Of a stretch of DNA of 64,000 nt, positions 42,521 to 57,157 are shown piece after piece. This stretch comes from Octopus sinensis. Its lineage: Eukaryota. The notes under the pieces are model-generated. The model was not told the DNA's origin and searched no databases. It saw nothing but the letters and a program-made list of their open reading frames with translations. Where the stretch lies: positions 149,048,001 through 149,112,000 of the forward strand of contig NC_042998.1 of assembly GCF_006345805.1 (NCBI RefSeq), written 5' to 3'. Each line of letters begins with the position of its first letter. Position 1 is the first letter of the stretch. The translations under genes and the position numbers were made by a program.

Positions 42521-42778
42521 TATATATATTTGTGAACCTCATGAAAAATTCAACCACATCATTATCATCTTCCTCATTCCCATCGCCAAAACATCTTCTT
42601 CATCATCATCAACGTTGTCGTCGACATCTTCGTCGTTATCATTATCATCATCATCATCGTCACTCTGATGAGTGTGAATATGAAACAGAACAATAATACA
42701 TTGAACAAATAAACAAAAGCAGTAGCAACATAAATAAAAATAACAAAATAACAGCAACAACAACATGAATTACTACTG

Positions 42779-42824
<46 letters not shown>

Positions 42825-43829
42825 ATCAACAAACATCAGACAGAGACAATATTCCTCTGTGTTTTATATGAGAAAATATTTGCCTATTTGAAATATTCTG
42901 GAAAGAATAAAAACTTCCAGTTTTGCTGGAGTATTGGACCCATAACATTGATGAAAAGTTCCTTGAAAATTGATTACAAAGCAAACAAGATAAACTATAG
43001 TCACACACACACACACACACACAAAGAAACCAAAGAGACAAACTCAGTAACCAAATATGGTGTTATGTTCTATGTCATAGCAACTTGTATGTTTGAGTGT
43101 TCCCTTGAAGCAAAATCATTTCGTTTCATGACTGAAAACTAGAATCAATGGAATGATAATAATGGTTGGTTGTCTATGATTGTGTGTAAGTGTGGTGGGG
43201 GATTGATCAGGTGGGAGATGGGTTATATGATTCATTGAAATAAGTGAAAAATAGATAAAAAAAAAAAAAAGAAGAGAAATTGTGTTCTGTGATGTGAAGC
43301 GAGTTGTGATGTTTCGGATGTTTGCAATATTGGAAAGAATTTGATGCTAAGAATGAGATTTTGGAGTTTTCTGGATTTAAATAAAGACAAACAAAAAAAA
43401 CAACTGGTTTGATGAGGTTAAATGACGCGTTGTCTTGTGGTGAAACGAAAATAAAAAGAAGAAAAAAATCGTCGTAGTCATCTACGTTATGACCAACACC
43501 ATCACCAATGACACCACCACCACTGCCACCGCCAGAGCGGCCGTCGCGGTCACCGTCGTCACAGCCACTGCCGATGCGACCACCACCGTCGTCATGGCCA
43601 CTGCTAACACGGTCGTCACTGCCATACGCCGCTACCAGTATGGCCGTCACCGTTGATATCCTCATTGCCATACTCGATTTCCTCTTCTTCTTCCTTCTCC
43701 TCCTCGTCGTCGTCTTCGGCATCACCACCGCCACCCCAACCACCACCATCGTCATTTACATTTATATTGTATACAGTACATACACACCTCTCCTGGTTTC
43801 AGCAGTTTCGTTAGTGTACACAGAAAGTA

Positions 43830-44130
43830 TCTGATTTAAAAAATCTCCGTGACCTGACTGGTTGTCTTCAATTGACTCACCTTTCCCATACGATGCCTAA
43901 CCATCATGAATTTTAGTGGAAGTCATTCTATTGTAAGCATTCATGCCCAGTTCCGGTTTGAAGAAACCGTCCATTATTCTACTTTATTGTCCCGAACAAC
44001 CTGAGAAAGTAATGGCCAATGACCCTTCCTCATCACACTTTAAATAGCAGTAAATTGCACTTCCATAATATGTGACAATTTCTTTTGTCGAACATTAATT
44101 TCAAATTGTACGCATAAAAATGATTTATTC
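43830..44130 (-). mobile_element. Possible highly degraded mariner 5' remnant
   Basis: Minus strand gives GKGESIEDNQSGHG, like mariner G.ESxEDxxRSGRP. There is little other support. Confidence 0.3.
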
Positions 44131-44159
44131 TGCGCGTTAGTTATTATAGAAAGGTGTAA

Positions 44160-44652
44160 CTGAGAGAACATTTCATATCATCAAAGTGACACCGGGGTAC
44201 AAATATATGAAGGCAAGACATCCCATAGCGTACACCACACCAAGCATGTGCATCGCAGTCATATGTGCGCAACATGGTGAGGTCATATCAAGATAAATAG
44301 CCCAGTTAGAATTTTCTTCAGGTCAAGTAGCTCGTCCCACTCAAAAGGTCCCTGAATAAGGGTTGTTTAAGGATGATAAGCGAATTTCCTGTATTTCCAA
44401 GGGGGGATTATTCAAACACCAAAAAATCCCTCTCAACACATGGCTATGATGCCCACCCACCAACTACTGCTCGAGATCAGAGATGCATATCTCGTCAGCC
44501 ACTAACTAGGGGACATGCTCGACTGGCTAAGGTTAGACAACTGACAAAAAATCTGTGGTACAGAGCAGAATATTTGATGTAGCCCATCTTTTATACCAAG
44601 ACAGTTAAGATGAAAAGCCATGAGAGCCACTGCTTGGTACTGCATCAGGGCA
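44160..44652 (-). mobile_element. Family F element, copy with intact 5' end
   Basis: Minus 5' end is tgccctgatgcagtaccaagcagtggctctcatggc, preceded by (AAT)n in element orientation. Confidence 0.85.
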
Positions 44653-44717
44653 TTTATTATTATTATTATTGTTGTTCTTGTTATCATTATCATCATCATC
44701 ATCATCATTATTATTAT

Positions 44718-45229
44718 TGAGCGAGAGAACAGTGCATGCCATCAGAGTGACACCGCGGTAAAATACACGAAGCCCAGTATACCCATCAATACTACCCGTC
44801 TGATAAGGATACACCAAGCACATGCATCACAACGATATGTGCGTGACATGGTGATCTCATATCAAGGTAAACAGCTCATGAACTTGCAGGTGGGACCTAG
44901 TTAGAATTTACTTCTGGTTGAGCAGCACACCCTGCTCAAATGATCCCTGAATAAGGGTTGTTTAAGTATGTTGAATTATCAACCCCCAAGAATTCCTCTC
45001 AACACATGGCTATGATGCTCCCCCACTGCTTCTACTCATGATCAGAGACACACATATCGTCAGCCACTAAGGGACATGCTCAAATGGTTAAGGTCAAACA
45101 ACTGATACCGAAATCTTTGGTAATCAGAGTATTTACTGTAGCCCATCTTTTATACCAAGACAAAACAATGTACATGATAACACTTTCAGTCAGTTAAGAT
45201 CAGAAGCTATGAGAGCCACTGCCTTTGTA
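44718..45229 (-). mobile_element. Family F element, tandem second copy
   Basis: Separated from the previous copy by ~65 bp of triplet repeats. The 3' end is ctctcgctca+ataataat. Confidence 0.88.
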
Positions 45230-45313
<84 letters not shown>

Positions 45314-45314
45314 G

Positions 45315-45397
<83 letters not shown>

Positions 45398-46080
45398 GTT
45401 GTTGTTGTTGTTGTTATTGTTGTTGTTGTTGTTGTTACCATTATTATCACTTTAAACCTGTATTGTAAGTTTCTTCTGGAGAGGTCATCGTCATTTGGAA
45501 CTTTCAGGAATAAACCTAACTTTGTTGATCTACTATAAAGGGAACATAACGGCCATCTTATTTTATATACTTGCTTACCTCCACTCCCATTTCATGCAGT
45601 TATATGCACGGAGACATATGGTTATGCACTTCACCAAGATGTACACTCACACACACACAAACTCACGCGCGCACACACGTACCTTATACGCAAAAGCACA
45701 CACATACACCTACACATGTACAAATGTACTCAGACATGTGACTAAGAAAAAACCATCATGCATTCTAAAGGAATCTTACTACTTAACCGTTCTTCTGTAT
45801 CGCAATCGCATCATTGTAAACGGATTGCTTTAGGTCCAAGATGGAAAGTTGAAGCAAGGAACCAGACAAAGACTTAATCCGCAGACATAAATTCCGGATG
45901 GGATTCCATATGAAACATAGCCACATGGCTCGCACAAAGAATTTATTCCGAAAGTCGAATAGCTGTCAGGGTTATTGGTTAATTTAGGGATTCCTTGTTC
46001 CAGTGTTTGTATGAATGTGTATTTTACGGTGCCCACACACGCGCACATACACACAAACACAAACACGTATATATACATAG

Positions 46081-46153
<73 letters not shown>

Positions 46154-47120
46154 CAATGGAGAATGTTGCTTTATAATTAGGTATGTAACGGTAACAAAAA
46201 TACTAAAAGAAAACAATTATTAAAGGTTTGACCGTCTGGAATTTTTTTAAAATTCATATTCCAAGAAATTTCCTATAATTTCGAATCCTGAACTTTATTG
46301 GATTTTTTTGAACTCCAATTTCTCACAAATTTGAATATTCGTTGCATTCGCTGCAGAGTATTTTATTTTCATTTGCAAAGTTTCTCACTCTCTATTTCAA
46401 TGTTTTCATTTCAAGTTTTAATTCGCTATTTGGAAAACCGACACTTTATTCTATTAATTCTAGTAATGTAAAAACATTATTGAATGAAAATCTTTTAATA
46501 TGCCGCTATAATTTTTGTAAAGATATTTAAAAGTGATTTTGTTGTCATGGCTGTTTGGAACGCTATAAGCCTTACAATAATAACTATCCGGACCGATTTT
46601 GGCCATTTTCATTTTTAACTTAAAAACCACGGGTGGATCTTTTTCGATAAGGAAAAGGTAAACAATTCAAGGGAGGTTTCGCTGTTGTTTCTAGCTCAAC
46701 CCAAACCACCCTCCGCTTTCATTCTCACATATATTGATGTTTATTCAATATTTTTCTTCCAGTTAATACATTTTATGGAATGATGGTGCTGAAGTAACAC
46801 ACGCATGGTCCATTGGTGGAATATAAGCAACAAAATAAATTGTAATCTAAATTTTACCCCCACCTCAATCAAGCGAAGCAGCGTGTGTGTAAGAAAAATA
46901 TTTTCTAACAGAAAATTATGCAATTAAAATGAATTATCGTTTACATAACACTTTTTTACATCACTGTGGATAAATGTCAGCAATGACCTTCTCAGGCTCC
47001 CCAATATTTTAATTTCTAAGCAGGAACAATCGGGGGCAGGGAGTGGGGTTGCAAAATAATTCATAATTTCTCAAATTTTCTTTTTTGTAGCATAAAAATG
47101 TATTTATGGGTGAAAACATT

Positions 47121-47283
47121 CTTTTCTACTCTAGGCACAAGGCCCGAAATTTTGGGGGAAGGGGCCAGTCTATTAGATCGACCCTAGTACACAACTGGTA
47201 CTTAATTTATCGTCCCCGAAAGGATAAAAGGCAAAATTGACTTCGGCAGAATTTGAACTCAGAACGTAAAGACAGACGAAATA
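47121..47283 (-). mobile_element. SINE family B, 5'-truncated
   Basis: Contains ctggtacttaatttatcgtccccgaaaggataaaaggcaaaattgacttcggcagaatttgaactcagaacg. Confidence 0.85.
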
Positions 47284-48446
47284 TATGGGGGAAAATATTG
47301 AAAAGCATCAATACATGCGAGAGTGATAGAGAAAGGAGGAGGGTTGTCTTTGGATGTGCTAGAAGCAACAGCCAAATCGCCTTTAAATTACTCACTTTTC
47401 CCTCTGAAAATATTAGCAACTTTTTTTTCTTTTGATTTTTTACCAAAAATACTCTTCCCATGCTTTTGAAGTGGAAAAAAAAATTGGTCAAAATAGGTTT
47501 GGAGTGGGATGATGAGGGAGGAGATGTAAAAAAAAGAGCTTTCAAAAAGTTTTTCATATGAAGATGCTCCCCGCCCCAACCCCATCATTTCGAAGGCTGT
47601 AGTTTAAAAACATGGGAAAATCTCCGAAAAACTTTTCTCCACAAATTTCTCTATAATCGTAATCTATGCCGTTTGAAAGGGATATGTATAAAATTTCATT
47701 AAATGATACCCATTTTCCTGAAAGATATGAGGGAAAAAATTCAGAACGTGTGAATTTTCCGAAACTACTTCCTCCAGACCCTTGGAAAAATGCCTTCCTA
47801 TAAATCTTTATATAAATCTTCCTATAAATCGTTATATAATCTTAAGCCACAACATCTAAGCGGTATTTGTAGAAAAGTTTGTTAAAAAGTATCCATTTTT
47901 CTGAACGTTATGAGGCAACAAAGTCGGGGCGTACACAGCTGTAGTAATGTCCTTTTATTTATACGATTTTTGATTTCAAGCTTATTTCATTCATTGTTTG
48001 TAATGTTCTCTCTCTAGCACATACGCGCAGCAAAGCTTAAGGATGGATTACCGAATTGAAATCTCTATGTTCCTTTGAGGGGAAGATAAAACTTGAAAAA
48101 CTGCTTCTCCCTTTGTTGTTGGACTACTGTGATGTTTGTTTAAAAAAAGAAGAGAGATTATGACAGTGATGAAATAATGAAAACAATATTTACTAAGCAA
48201 GTGAGCACTATTATACAAAGAAATAATTAGATGTAAAATATCATAAAAATTATTAGAATTGGGAATCAAATATGAAAATATTGTCAAGTGACTAGCAGAA
48301 AACCTCCAAGAGAGCAGTCTTTCTGCTAATATATGTGTGTGTTTGTGGGCGCGCGCGTCTGTGTGTGTGTGTGTGCGCGTCTGTGTATATATAAATGTGC
48401 GTTATATATGTATGTGCATATGTTATGTTTGTATGTGCCTGTATCT

Positions 48447-48477
<31 letters not shown>

Positions 48478-48709
48478 GTAACAAACTGTGGAAAAGAGAT
48501 CATTCAAAGGAGTGTGTTAAACATACAATTCACTGGTACGCCTGTTGAATACCATATAAATATTGGTATAATGCAATAACAAAGATAAATTAAATAGCGA
48601 GATACTATTGACAATTCAATAATTTACTTATGTTATAATATTACACGATATCCTACGAATATAATGTAACACTATATTATATAACATAAATAATTATTTT
48701 AAAAAAACA

Positions 48710-49770
48710 TAAAAGACCAACAAATTGTTTCGACAGTTAGGAACGAAGCGGTATAGAAAGCAAAGTAAAAAAGGGAAAGCAAAGGAAGAAGTATTTAAAA
48801 AGACATGAAGAAGAATTACGCAAGAACGGACCATACAACAATTCCATGTAGCCACAACAGAAGTTGCTGGAAAAAATATGTGGGATGGCTGATGAAAGGA
48901 ACCCCAAAAAAAGAGACCGAGAACACTATATTGGCAACGCAGGACCACGCTCTGACCACGAACTGGAGAGTCAACCTGAGGAAGGAGTGTCTCTGCTGTG
49001 CCGCATCTGCAATACAGTGGATGAATCTATTACCCATTTCACGAACGAATGCCTTAGACTTGCCCAAAACCACTACAAGTTGTGGCGACACGACCGGGCA
49101 GCGAAAGTGCTATACTGGAAACTCTGCGAAAAGTGGGGCTAGAGAAACGCAAGACGTGGTATGAGCACAAACAAAAGAGTGGCAAAGTCGGAGAAGGGAG
49201 GCGAAAAGATAAATGAATACAACACTCTTAAGTACGAAATAGCTCGGCTATGGAAAATGAAGAAAGTGAAGATAGCGCCAATTATTGTTGGGTCCTTGGG
49301 AACAGTATCAGATGGCATCAAGAGGAATATGAAGGAAACTGGAATAGAATATCCAGTAGAACTGTTACAAAAGGTTTGCCTCCTTGGCACAGCCAGAACA
49401 GTCAGGAAAATATTATTAAATAAATAAATGCACCCTTTTTAAAGCCTAACCAGGCTCATGGGCCCGGTTGTTCCCCAACTGGACGGGACGCCAGTCCATC
49501 GCAGCGTTACTCATTTTTGCCAGCTGAGTGAACTGGAGCAACGTGAAATGAAGTGTTTTGCTCAAGAACACAACGCGTTGCCTGGTCCAGGAATCGAAAC
49601 CACAATCTTGCGATCATGATGCTGACATCCTAACCACTAAGCCACGCGCCTCCACCAGGTAAGCATTAGATAGCTGAAAAGAACAAATAGCATGGTACCA
49701 TAGGCTGCAGGTAGTAAGCCCGCTACGCATGCAAGACTCCAGAAGCTCCAACAAAACCTGTGATAAAGAG

Positions 49771-49771
<1 letters not shown>
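48710..49771 (+). mobile_element. R4-type family b 3' fragment interrupted by a SINE
   Basis: KKETENTILATQDHALTTNW..CRICNTVDESITHFTNEC..RHDRAAKVLYWKLC..IAPIIVGSLGTV..LLQKVCLLGTART. The 3' UTR resumes at ~49660 and ends in (TAA)n. Confidence 0.85.
49416..49655 (-). mobile_element. tRNA-headed SINE family A nested in the R4 fragment
   Basis: Minus head gtggaggcgcgtggcttagtggttagg..gtttcgattcctgg. Imperfect duplication caggaaaatatta (49403-49415) / caggtaagcatta (49656-49668). Confidence 0.88.
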
Positions 49772-49851
<80 letters not shown>

Positions 49852-49884
49852 TAATAATATAATAATAATAATAATAATAATAAT

Positions 49885-49937
<53 letters not shown>

Positions 49938-49978
49938 CGATGATGATGATGATAATAATAATAATAATAATAATAATA

Positions 49979-50059
<81 letters not shown>

Positions 50060-50070
50060 TAATAATAATA

Positions 50071-52465
50071 ACCGAAAAAGAGAGTGGTAAATTCTCATAA
50101 CAGTCAAACATGGCAATCAAGCAACAAGTCGATGCTCTCCAATCTGGTATAGAAGCATAAAAGAACGTTAGCAACATTGATAATATAAAATCATCTAAGA
50201 AGAAAAAGTTAATAGGGAAAGTATGAATTAAAGTCGGAACACCAATTTGGTGAAGTGGTGGAGAAGCTAAAACAAAAAGTCGCGCGTATTTTCTGTTTCG
50301 AAAAACGATCCAGGTTCTTCGAAGATAACAGCATGTCTAAAAATAACCTAAAGAAGTTCTGATGTTCTTTTCATGATGATAAGAACATCTTCAAAATAGG
50401 TGAAGTCCCTCCAGAGAATGAAATACTGGAGATCTGGAGGAAAATTTGGGCAGATGAAAAGGATCACAACTGTGATTCCCCATGGATTAATAGAAAAAAA
50501 GAAAAGAAGATACTGAGGAGACCAAATATATGAAGAGATAAGAAGAGATACGTGTAGAAGATGCGAGATTCACATTAAAAAAGTCCAGTAAATAGAAGTT
50601 AGCTGGTATGGATAAAATCCCAAACTATTGGCTTAATGTGTTTACAAACTAATACAAGAAACTAACTTGTTACAATAAAATTGTGAAAGAGCCGCAAATG
50701 ACCCCAGAATGGCTGGCCAATGGTGTCACATTTTTACTCCCCAAAAATGATGAAACAAAAGTTCCCAAGTACAGCATACCCATAACGTACCTTACAACAG
50801 TGTACAGAATCTTTACATCTCTCCTAACCCTTACATTCTCAATAACAGCAACATCTTCCCTGATAAACACAAATTATGAAAACGTGGATCTTATCGATGC
50901 AGGGATGAACTGTTAATTAACAGAATGATCTTTGAAGTTTGTCACGAGAAAGCAAGAAGGCCATTGATAGCCTCCCTCACTGTTGGATAATAGAATGTTA
51001 GGAGATGTCCAAAATTTCGCTAGTAATCAGCAATTTTGTATCTCACATCACGAAGCTCTGGTAAATGGCATTAAAAATATAAACACTGGATAGCTCAATA
51101 TCAATTATGGAACCTTTCAAGGAGACCCATTATCTCCATTGTTATTCTGTTTAGCATTGTTTCCTCTAAGTAAATTCCTGAATGAAACAAATTTTGGATA
51201 CAAGATGTATGGAAAAACAGTTAAGCATTTTCTTTAGATGGATGACTTGAATCTGTTCGCAAAAGCTGACCAAAAGCAAGTCCTTCAAAATACATTACAA
51301 TTTAGTGATGACATCGAAATGGAATTTACCAAAGGAAAACTGCCAAACACATGCTACATAACCCTAGATAGAGGCACTGAGATAAAAGTATTAGAACCTC
51401 AAGGCAATTATAAGTATCTTGTAGTATGTCAAAAGATGGGGTTAAAAGTTCATTAAAGAGAGAATAGAGAAGGAAGGAGTCCTACCGAAAAGTAAGAGCC
51501 ATTCTGAAAACCTAGCTGAATACATGAAACAGATTTGAGGCCAATAACACACTGGCCATGTCTGTAATCACATACAGCTTTAATATTATAAAACAGTCTA
51601 AGGCGGCGAGCTGGCAAAATCGTTCGCACGCCGGGAAAAATGCTGAGCAGCATTACGTCCGTCTTTAGGTTTTGAGTTCAAATTTTCGCCGAGGTCGACT
51701 TTGCCTTTCATCTTTTCGGAGTCAATAAAAATGAGCGTCAGTTAATCACTGGGTCAATGTAATCGACATAACCCCTCTACGGAAATGGCTTGCCTTGTAC
51801 TAAAATTTGAAACCAATATTATAAACTGGTCCCTCTCCGAAATCAACAGAGTTGATATCAAAATACAAATGCATCGAATGCCTCACCCAAAAACTGATTC
51901 AGACCGAATATACTTCCCAAGAAAAGAAGGCGGTCGGGAGACTTTCTGCCTACCTGCAACAAGCAGAGGTTCTCAACAAGCTACTTCAGAAATATAAAGA
52001 TACAAAAAGTTGCTGTTAGTGGCGAAAAACACGAAAATATACCTCCGAATGCAATTAGACGAACCAGTAACCGAAGAAAATATATCCCCAACAGACAAGG
52101 CAAAACGAAATAAAATCATAGCCAAAGAAACTAACCGCCCATATATTAAGGAGAAATGTGAGCAATGGCCACTGCAAGGCAAATACTCGCCTTGAATCAG
52201 AGAACCTGATGTCGATAAAACCCTTACTCATCAGTGGCTGTCATGTTCTGGTCTCAAACCAGAAATTGAGGGTTATAACATTACTGCTCAGGACCAGTTC
52301 ATCATGCTGCATATGCAGCGAATATCCAGAGATGATCGATCTCATAATCTCTGAATGTAGCAGACTGGTACCAACAAATGCTATCAAAGCCATGACGGGG
52401 CAGCTCAGTACTTACACTGATCAATATGTCAAATACACAACCTCCCTCACGAAAAGAATTGGTGG
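50071..52465 (+). mobile_element. Old, heavily degraded R4-type element (RT to CCHC)
   Basis: DKIPNYWL, PEWLANGVTFLLPK..PITYL, FQGDPLSPLLFCLAL, MDDLNLFAK, HPKTDSDRIYFPRKEGGR, GLKPEIEGYNITAQDQ. It begins right after a long (TAA)n. Confidence 0.85.
51599..51814 (+). mobile_element. SINE family B nested in the R4 element
   Basis: Head is taaggcggcgagctggcaaaatcg. It interrupts the codons for YSFNII/NWSL, with aatattataaa repeated at 51582-51592 and 51815-51825. Confidence 0.88.
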
Positions 52466-52479
52466 AAATAGACGGATAG

Positions 52480-52647
52480 GTCAATTAGATCGACCCAGTG
52501 ATCAACTGGTACTTATTTTATCGACCCCAAAAGGGATGAAAGGCAAAGTCAACCCCGGAAGAATTTGAGCTCAGAACTTAAAAACGGACGAAATGCCACT
52601 AAGTATTTTGTCTGACGTACTGACGGTCCTGCCAAAGTCGCCGCATT
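52480..52647 (-). mobile_element. SINE family B
   Basis: Contains ctggtacttattttatcgaccccaaaagggatgaaaggcaaagtc. The head abuts (TAA)n. Confidence 0.85.
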
Positions 52648-52657
52648 AATAATAATA

Positions 52658-52721
<64 letters not shown>

Positions 52722-53492
52722 CCCATCACTACCCATACTGATAATACATAGAGCTGTGTTATGTTTTATTGTGAAAGTTAGTAATAAAATTATGATAGTG
52801 AAAGAAAAAAGGCAGTGCCAATAATTATAATATATATTTCTAAAAATGATCAACGAAACTTTGTTTATAAAAAGTAAAAAGTAGAGGTTAAATTATATTA
52901 TAACCAAGTGGTAGTGAGAGAAAAAATATAACTGTATGTACTATTACAAGTTGTATCTTTTATTGTACTATAACAAGTTATATTTAATCTTTCAAACATT
53001 GTGATCGCCATGGAAAACAGAATGGAATAGAAAAATTTTATTAAAATTTATTGTTTGTTTACATCATGGTCAATCATCCGTAATACTCTGTCTTGTTCAG
53101 TTATGTGAGATCTAGCGGGTAGCCATCTTGGGAAAATGTTCATCATTTCTAGGAGAGAAGATGTAATTAATTAAATTAATATGAATTTTATTGACCAATC
53201 GTTCGCTGTACAAGGTTTGTTGTCAACGCAATTCCCAAGATCTGTAGAATCGGGAAATACAGACGAATCAACTCAGTAACTTAACCAGACTGTGAAATGA
53301 AATATAGTGAGAGGCTAGCACAGACGTTGCGTTGTGTTGCTAAGGCAAAACCATAATAGTCATAACTATGTCAGGGAACTGGCTTGAGTTTTGAGGTAAC
53401 TATAAACGTCTTTCATAGATAAATCAAATTCCCCCTCTATTATCCTGCAGTCGGAGGGGATAACTGATGCGCCACATATTCGATTAATTATA

Positions 53493-54370
53493 ATTACCAC
53501 TGCCTTAGCGAAGGCAGAGGTATTGTTTTTCAGTCGTACTTGTTTGTTTGTTCGTGGACAAGATATCTCAAGAACCGCAGGATGGATTCAGATGAAACTT
53601 TCAGGGATGTTTGGCCTCGTGACTGGCACAAACTGATTAGATTTTGATATCGATCTGGTACCGGACAAGGATTCTGGATTACTTGTTGTATTTACTTTAC
53701 ATGATTACGATCTCACATTAACTTTCAAGTCTTTCTCAATTATCTCCCTTTAGGCTTTTTCCAAAGTTTTATTTTCGTTTCTGTATCATTAATTTTACTC
53801 GCGTCTCTTAGTAGAAACTGATGGATAAAGAAATCAAACTACATAAACAAACAGCAGTAAAACTGTTCAGAAATTAAATAACACTTAACATATTTTTATA
53901 ATATATTTATTATACATACATATTAACATTTTACAGTATACTTACATATATAAATAGATATATAGTTCGATCTAAAACAACAGGAATACTAAAGGAAGGT
54001 CAGCATTTAAAAGAAGAGAAAGCCAAAAGGTCTCATGCTATTCAGTTAAAAATTCCTTTTAACTTTGGCTTGTATTAGATAAGGATAAACTATTTATTAC
54101 TGTTACTAAATTTTCTACACCCACCTTCACATTCCATGTAAACTACCATTGGGATCGATGAGGTTCTGGACAAGGATTCTGTATTGTTTTTCCGTTATTT
54201 TTTTTTTTTTACTTAAATTTTGAGAGAGGTCGTGTTAATTTTTAGTATTTTCATTTGTGAGGGCAGTTGACTTTATTTCAGATAGTCTCATTTTAAAAAT
54301 CATCTTTGGCTAATCGTTGAGATATTGGTGTTGCCTTGGCGGAGGTTTGCCGTCTCTGAGTGCGCTTGTT
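53493..54370 (+). mobile_element. Helentron-associated non-autonomous element (HINE/DINE-like), probably with an internal insertion
   Basis: 5' ttaccactgccttagcgaaggcagaggt hairpin, a gtttgtttgtt tract, gatgaaactttcagggatg, and a repeated ggacaaggattctg. The 3' end has subterminal gccttggcggaggt followed by a short hairpin-like end and TT. Confidence 0.55.
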
Positions 54371-54398
54371 ATTATTATGAATATTATTATTATTATTA

Positions 54399-54430
<32 letters not shown>

Positions 54431-54483
54431 GTAGTAGTAGTAGTAGTAGTAGTAGTAGAGTAGTAGTAGTAGTAGTAGTAGTG

Positions 54484-54583
<100 letters not shown>

Positions 54584-54586
54584 CAT

Positions 54587-55016
54587 TGAGCGAGAGAGTC
54601 CAGTATACCCATCATGACTACTCCTCTGATAAGGGTATACCAGGCACATGCATCACATCCATATGTGCACAACATGGTGATCTCATATCATATCCCATGA
54701 CCTTGCAGGTAGGACCCAGCTAGAATTTTCTTCAGGTCGAGTAGCCCATCCTGTTCAAAAGGTCCCTTAATAAGGTTTGTTTAAGGATGATAAACGAAAC
54801 ACTTTTTTTCTGAGGTGAATGATTCAAACCCCAAAGAACTCCTCTGAGCACATGACTAAGATGCTCCCCCAGAAATGCGTATATCGTCAGCCACTAAGGG
54901 ATAAGCTCAACCAGTTAACGATAATCAATTGACAAGCATATCTGTGCTATTAAGCAGAATATTTGCTGTCGCCCATCTTTTACACCAAGACAAAGCTTGC
55001 ATTTGATAATACTTTC
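54587..55016 (-). mobile_element. Family F element, 5'-truncated
   Basis: Homologous to 44718-45180. The 3' end ctctcgctcaatg runs into a triplet tract. Confidence 0.85.
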
Positions 55017-55019
55017 CTT

Positions 55020-55545
55020 AGCAGAGAAGCGAGGCAGATCTTTCTCTGCTTAGTGACTGTTACGAAAAATTTTGTGTGGTGGACTTGTTTGAAAGATTTG
55101 AAGACAGGCACTTTCCCATCTGGCCAAGCGCTCACCAATTTCTTCAAATATCATTTGAAGAGGAGGGTGAGAGGCAGAGATGTGTGTTAATCAAAAGCTG
55201 GACGAAAGTAATGAAACTGGTTAGGCTGAATAGATTCATTCTGAGTATGCTTTTCTAAGACGGAGGAAAGAAACTGAAAGATGACATTTCCCATGCCTTG
55301 GGGATGACTGATTAATCCGGGACCTTTTGTGTGGGGGTTATCCCAAATTACCCTCAGTGCACTACCAGCTTTTTGGGATTCTATTTATTTATTTATTTAT
55401 TTTTCTAACTTCTATTCATGTATCGTTTTGTTATATGCTAGAGATTTTCCTCTTGATCCATGTATGCCCCATTTGTCTTTGTGTGTGTTGTATCTCGTCT
55501 TTTGATATTGTCCTCCATGTTTTGAACCCAATAAAAGAAATCATC
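55020..55545 (+). mobile_element. Tx1/L1-clade LINE 3' end
   Basis: FLCLVTVTKNFVWWTCLKDLKTGTFPSGQALTNFFKYHLKRRVR. It ends aataaaagaaatc+(ATC)n. Confidence 0.78.
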
Positions 55546-55577
55546 ATCAGCATTATCATCATCATCGTCGTCGTCAT

Positions 55578-55615
<38 letters not shown>

Positions 55616-55624
55616 CTATTATCA

Positions 55625-55768
55625 TTTCGTCCGTCTTTACGTTCTGAGTTCCGCCGAGGTCGACTTTGCCTTTCATCCTTCCGGGGTCGATAAATTAAGC
55701 ACCAGTGAAACACGGGTCGACTAGTCCGCTTCCCCAAAATATCAGCCCTTGTACCTTTAGTAAAATGG
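55625..55768 (+). mobile_element. SINE family B, 5'-truncated
   Basis: Contains ccgccgaggtcgactttgcctttcatccttccggggtcgataaattaag, with an (ATT)n tail. Confidence 0.85.
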
Positions 55769-55778
55769 ATTATTATTA

Positions 55779-56420
<642 letters not shown>

Positions 56421-56873
56421 GAAGAAAAGTTGGGAGATATCTTTGTTGCATTAAAGAATAGAATATTAGAGATACTGGGGCTTAGTATTAGTAGCGAAGG
56501 TTCCAGGTGCAGGCAAGACATGTAAATGGGTGGGATGGAGATTGCAATATATGATTTTTTTTTTGTCCCTCTTGAAGGAGATAAGATTGAGTATCATCCA
56601 CTTAGAGAATGTTTTTGAGGTTCCTACTTATGGAATGATTTCAGATTCAGTATGAAGTGTTAAAGAATCATGTAATTATAATAACTGATCATCATAAATA
56701 TTAATTTTTGACTTAATCTCAAGAAAGTTTTGTCACCTAGAAATAGACGAATGGTTTCTTCTTCATTTCTTATCATATGAAAAAAAGAGGAAAATGCCAT
56801 TTAAAACTCGATTAAAATTTCAAAATTTCAATATATCTAGATAAATATCTATGTTTTTCTATCTGTCTATCTG

Positions 56874-56972
<99 letters not shown>

Positions 56973-57053
56973 GTCTATATGTCTATCTGTCTATCTGTAT
57001 ATATACCTATCTATATCTCTTATGTTCTTTCTTTCTCTCTCTCTCTCTCTCTC

Positions 57054-57157
<104 letters not shown>

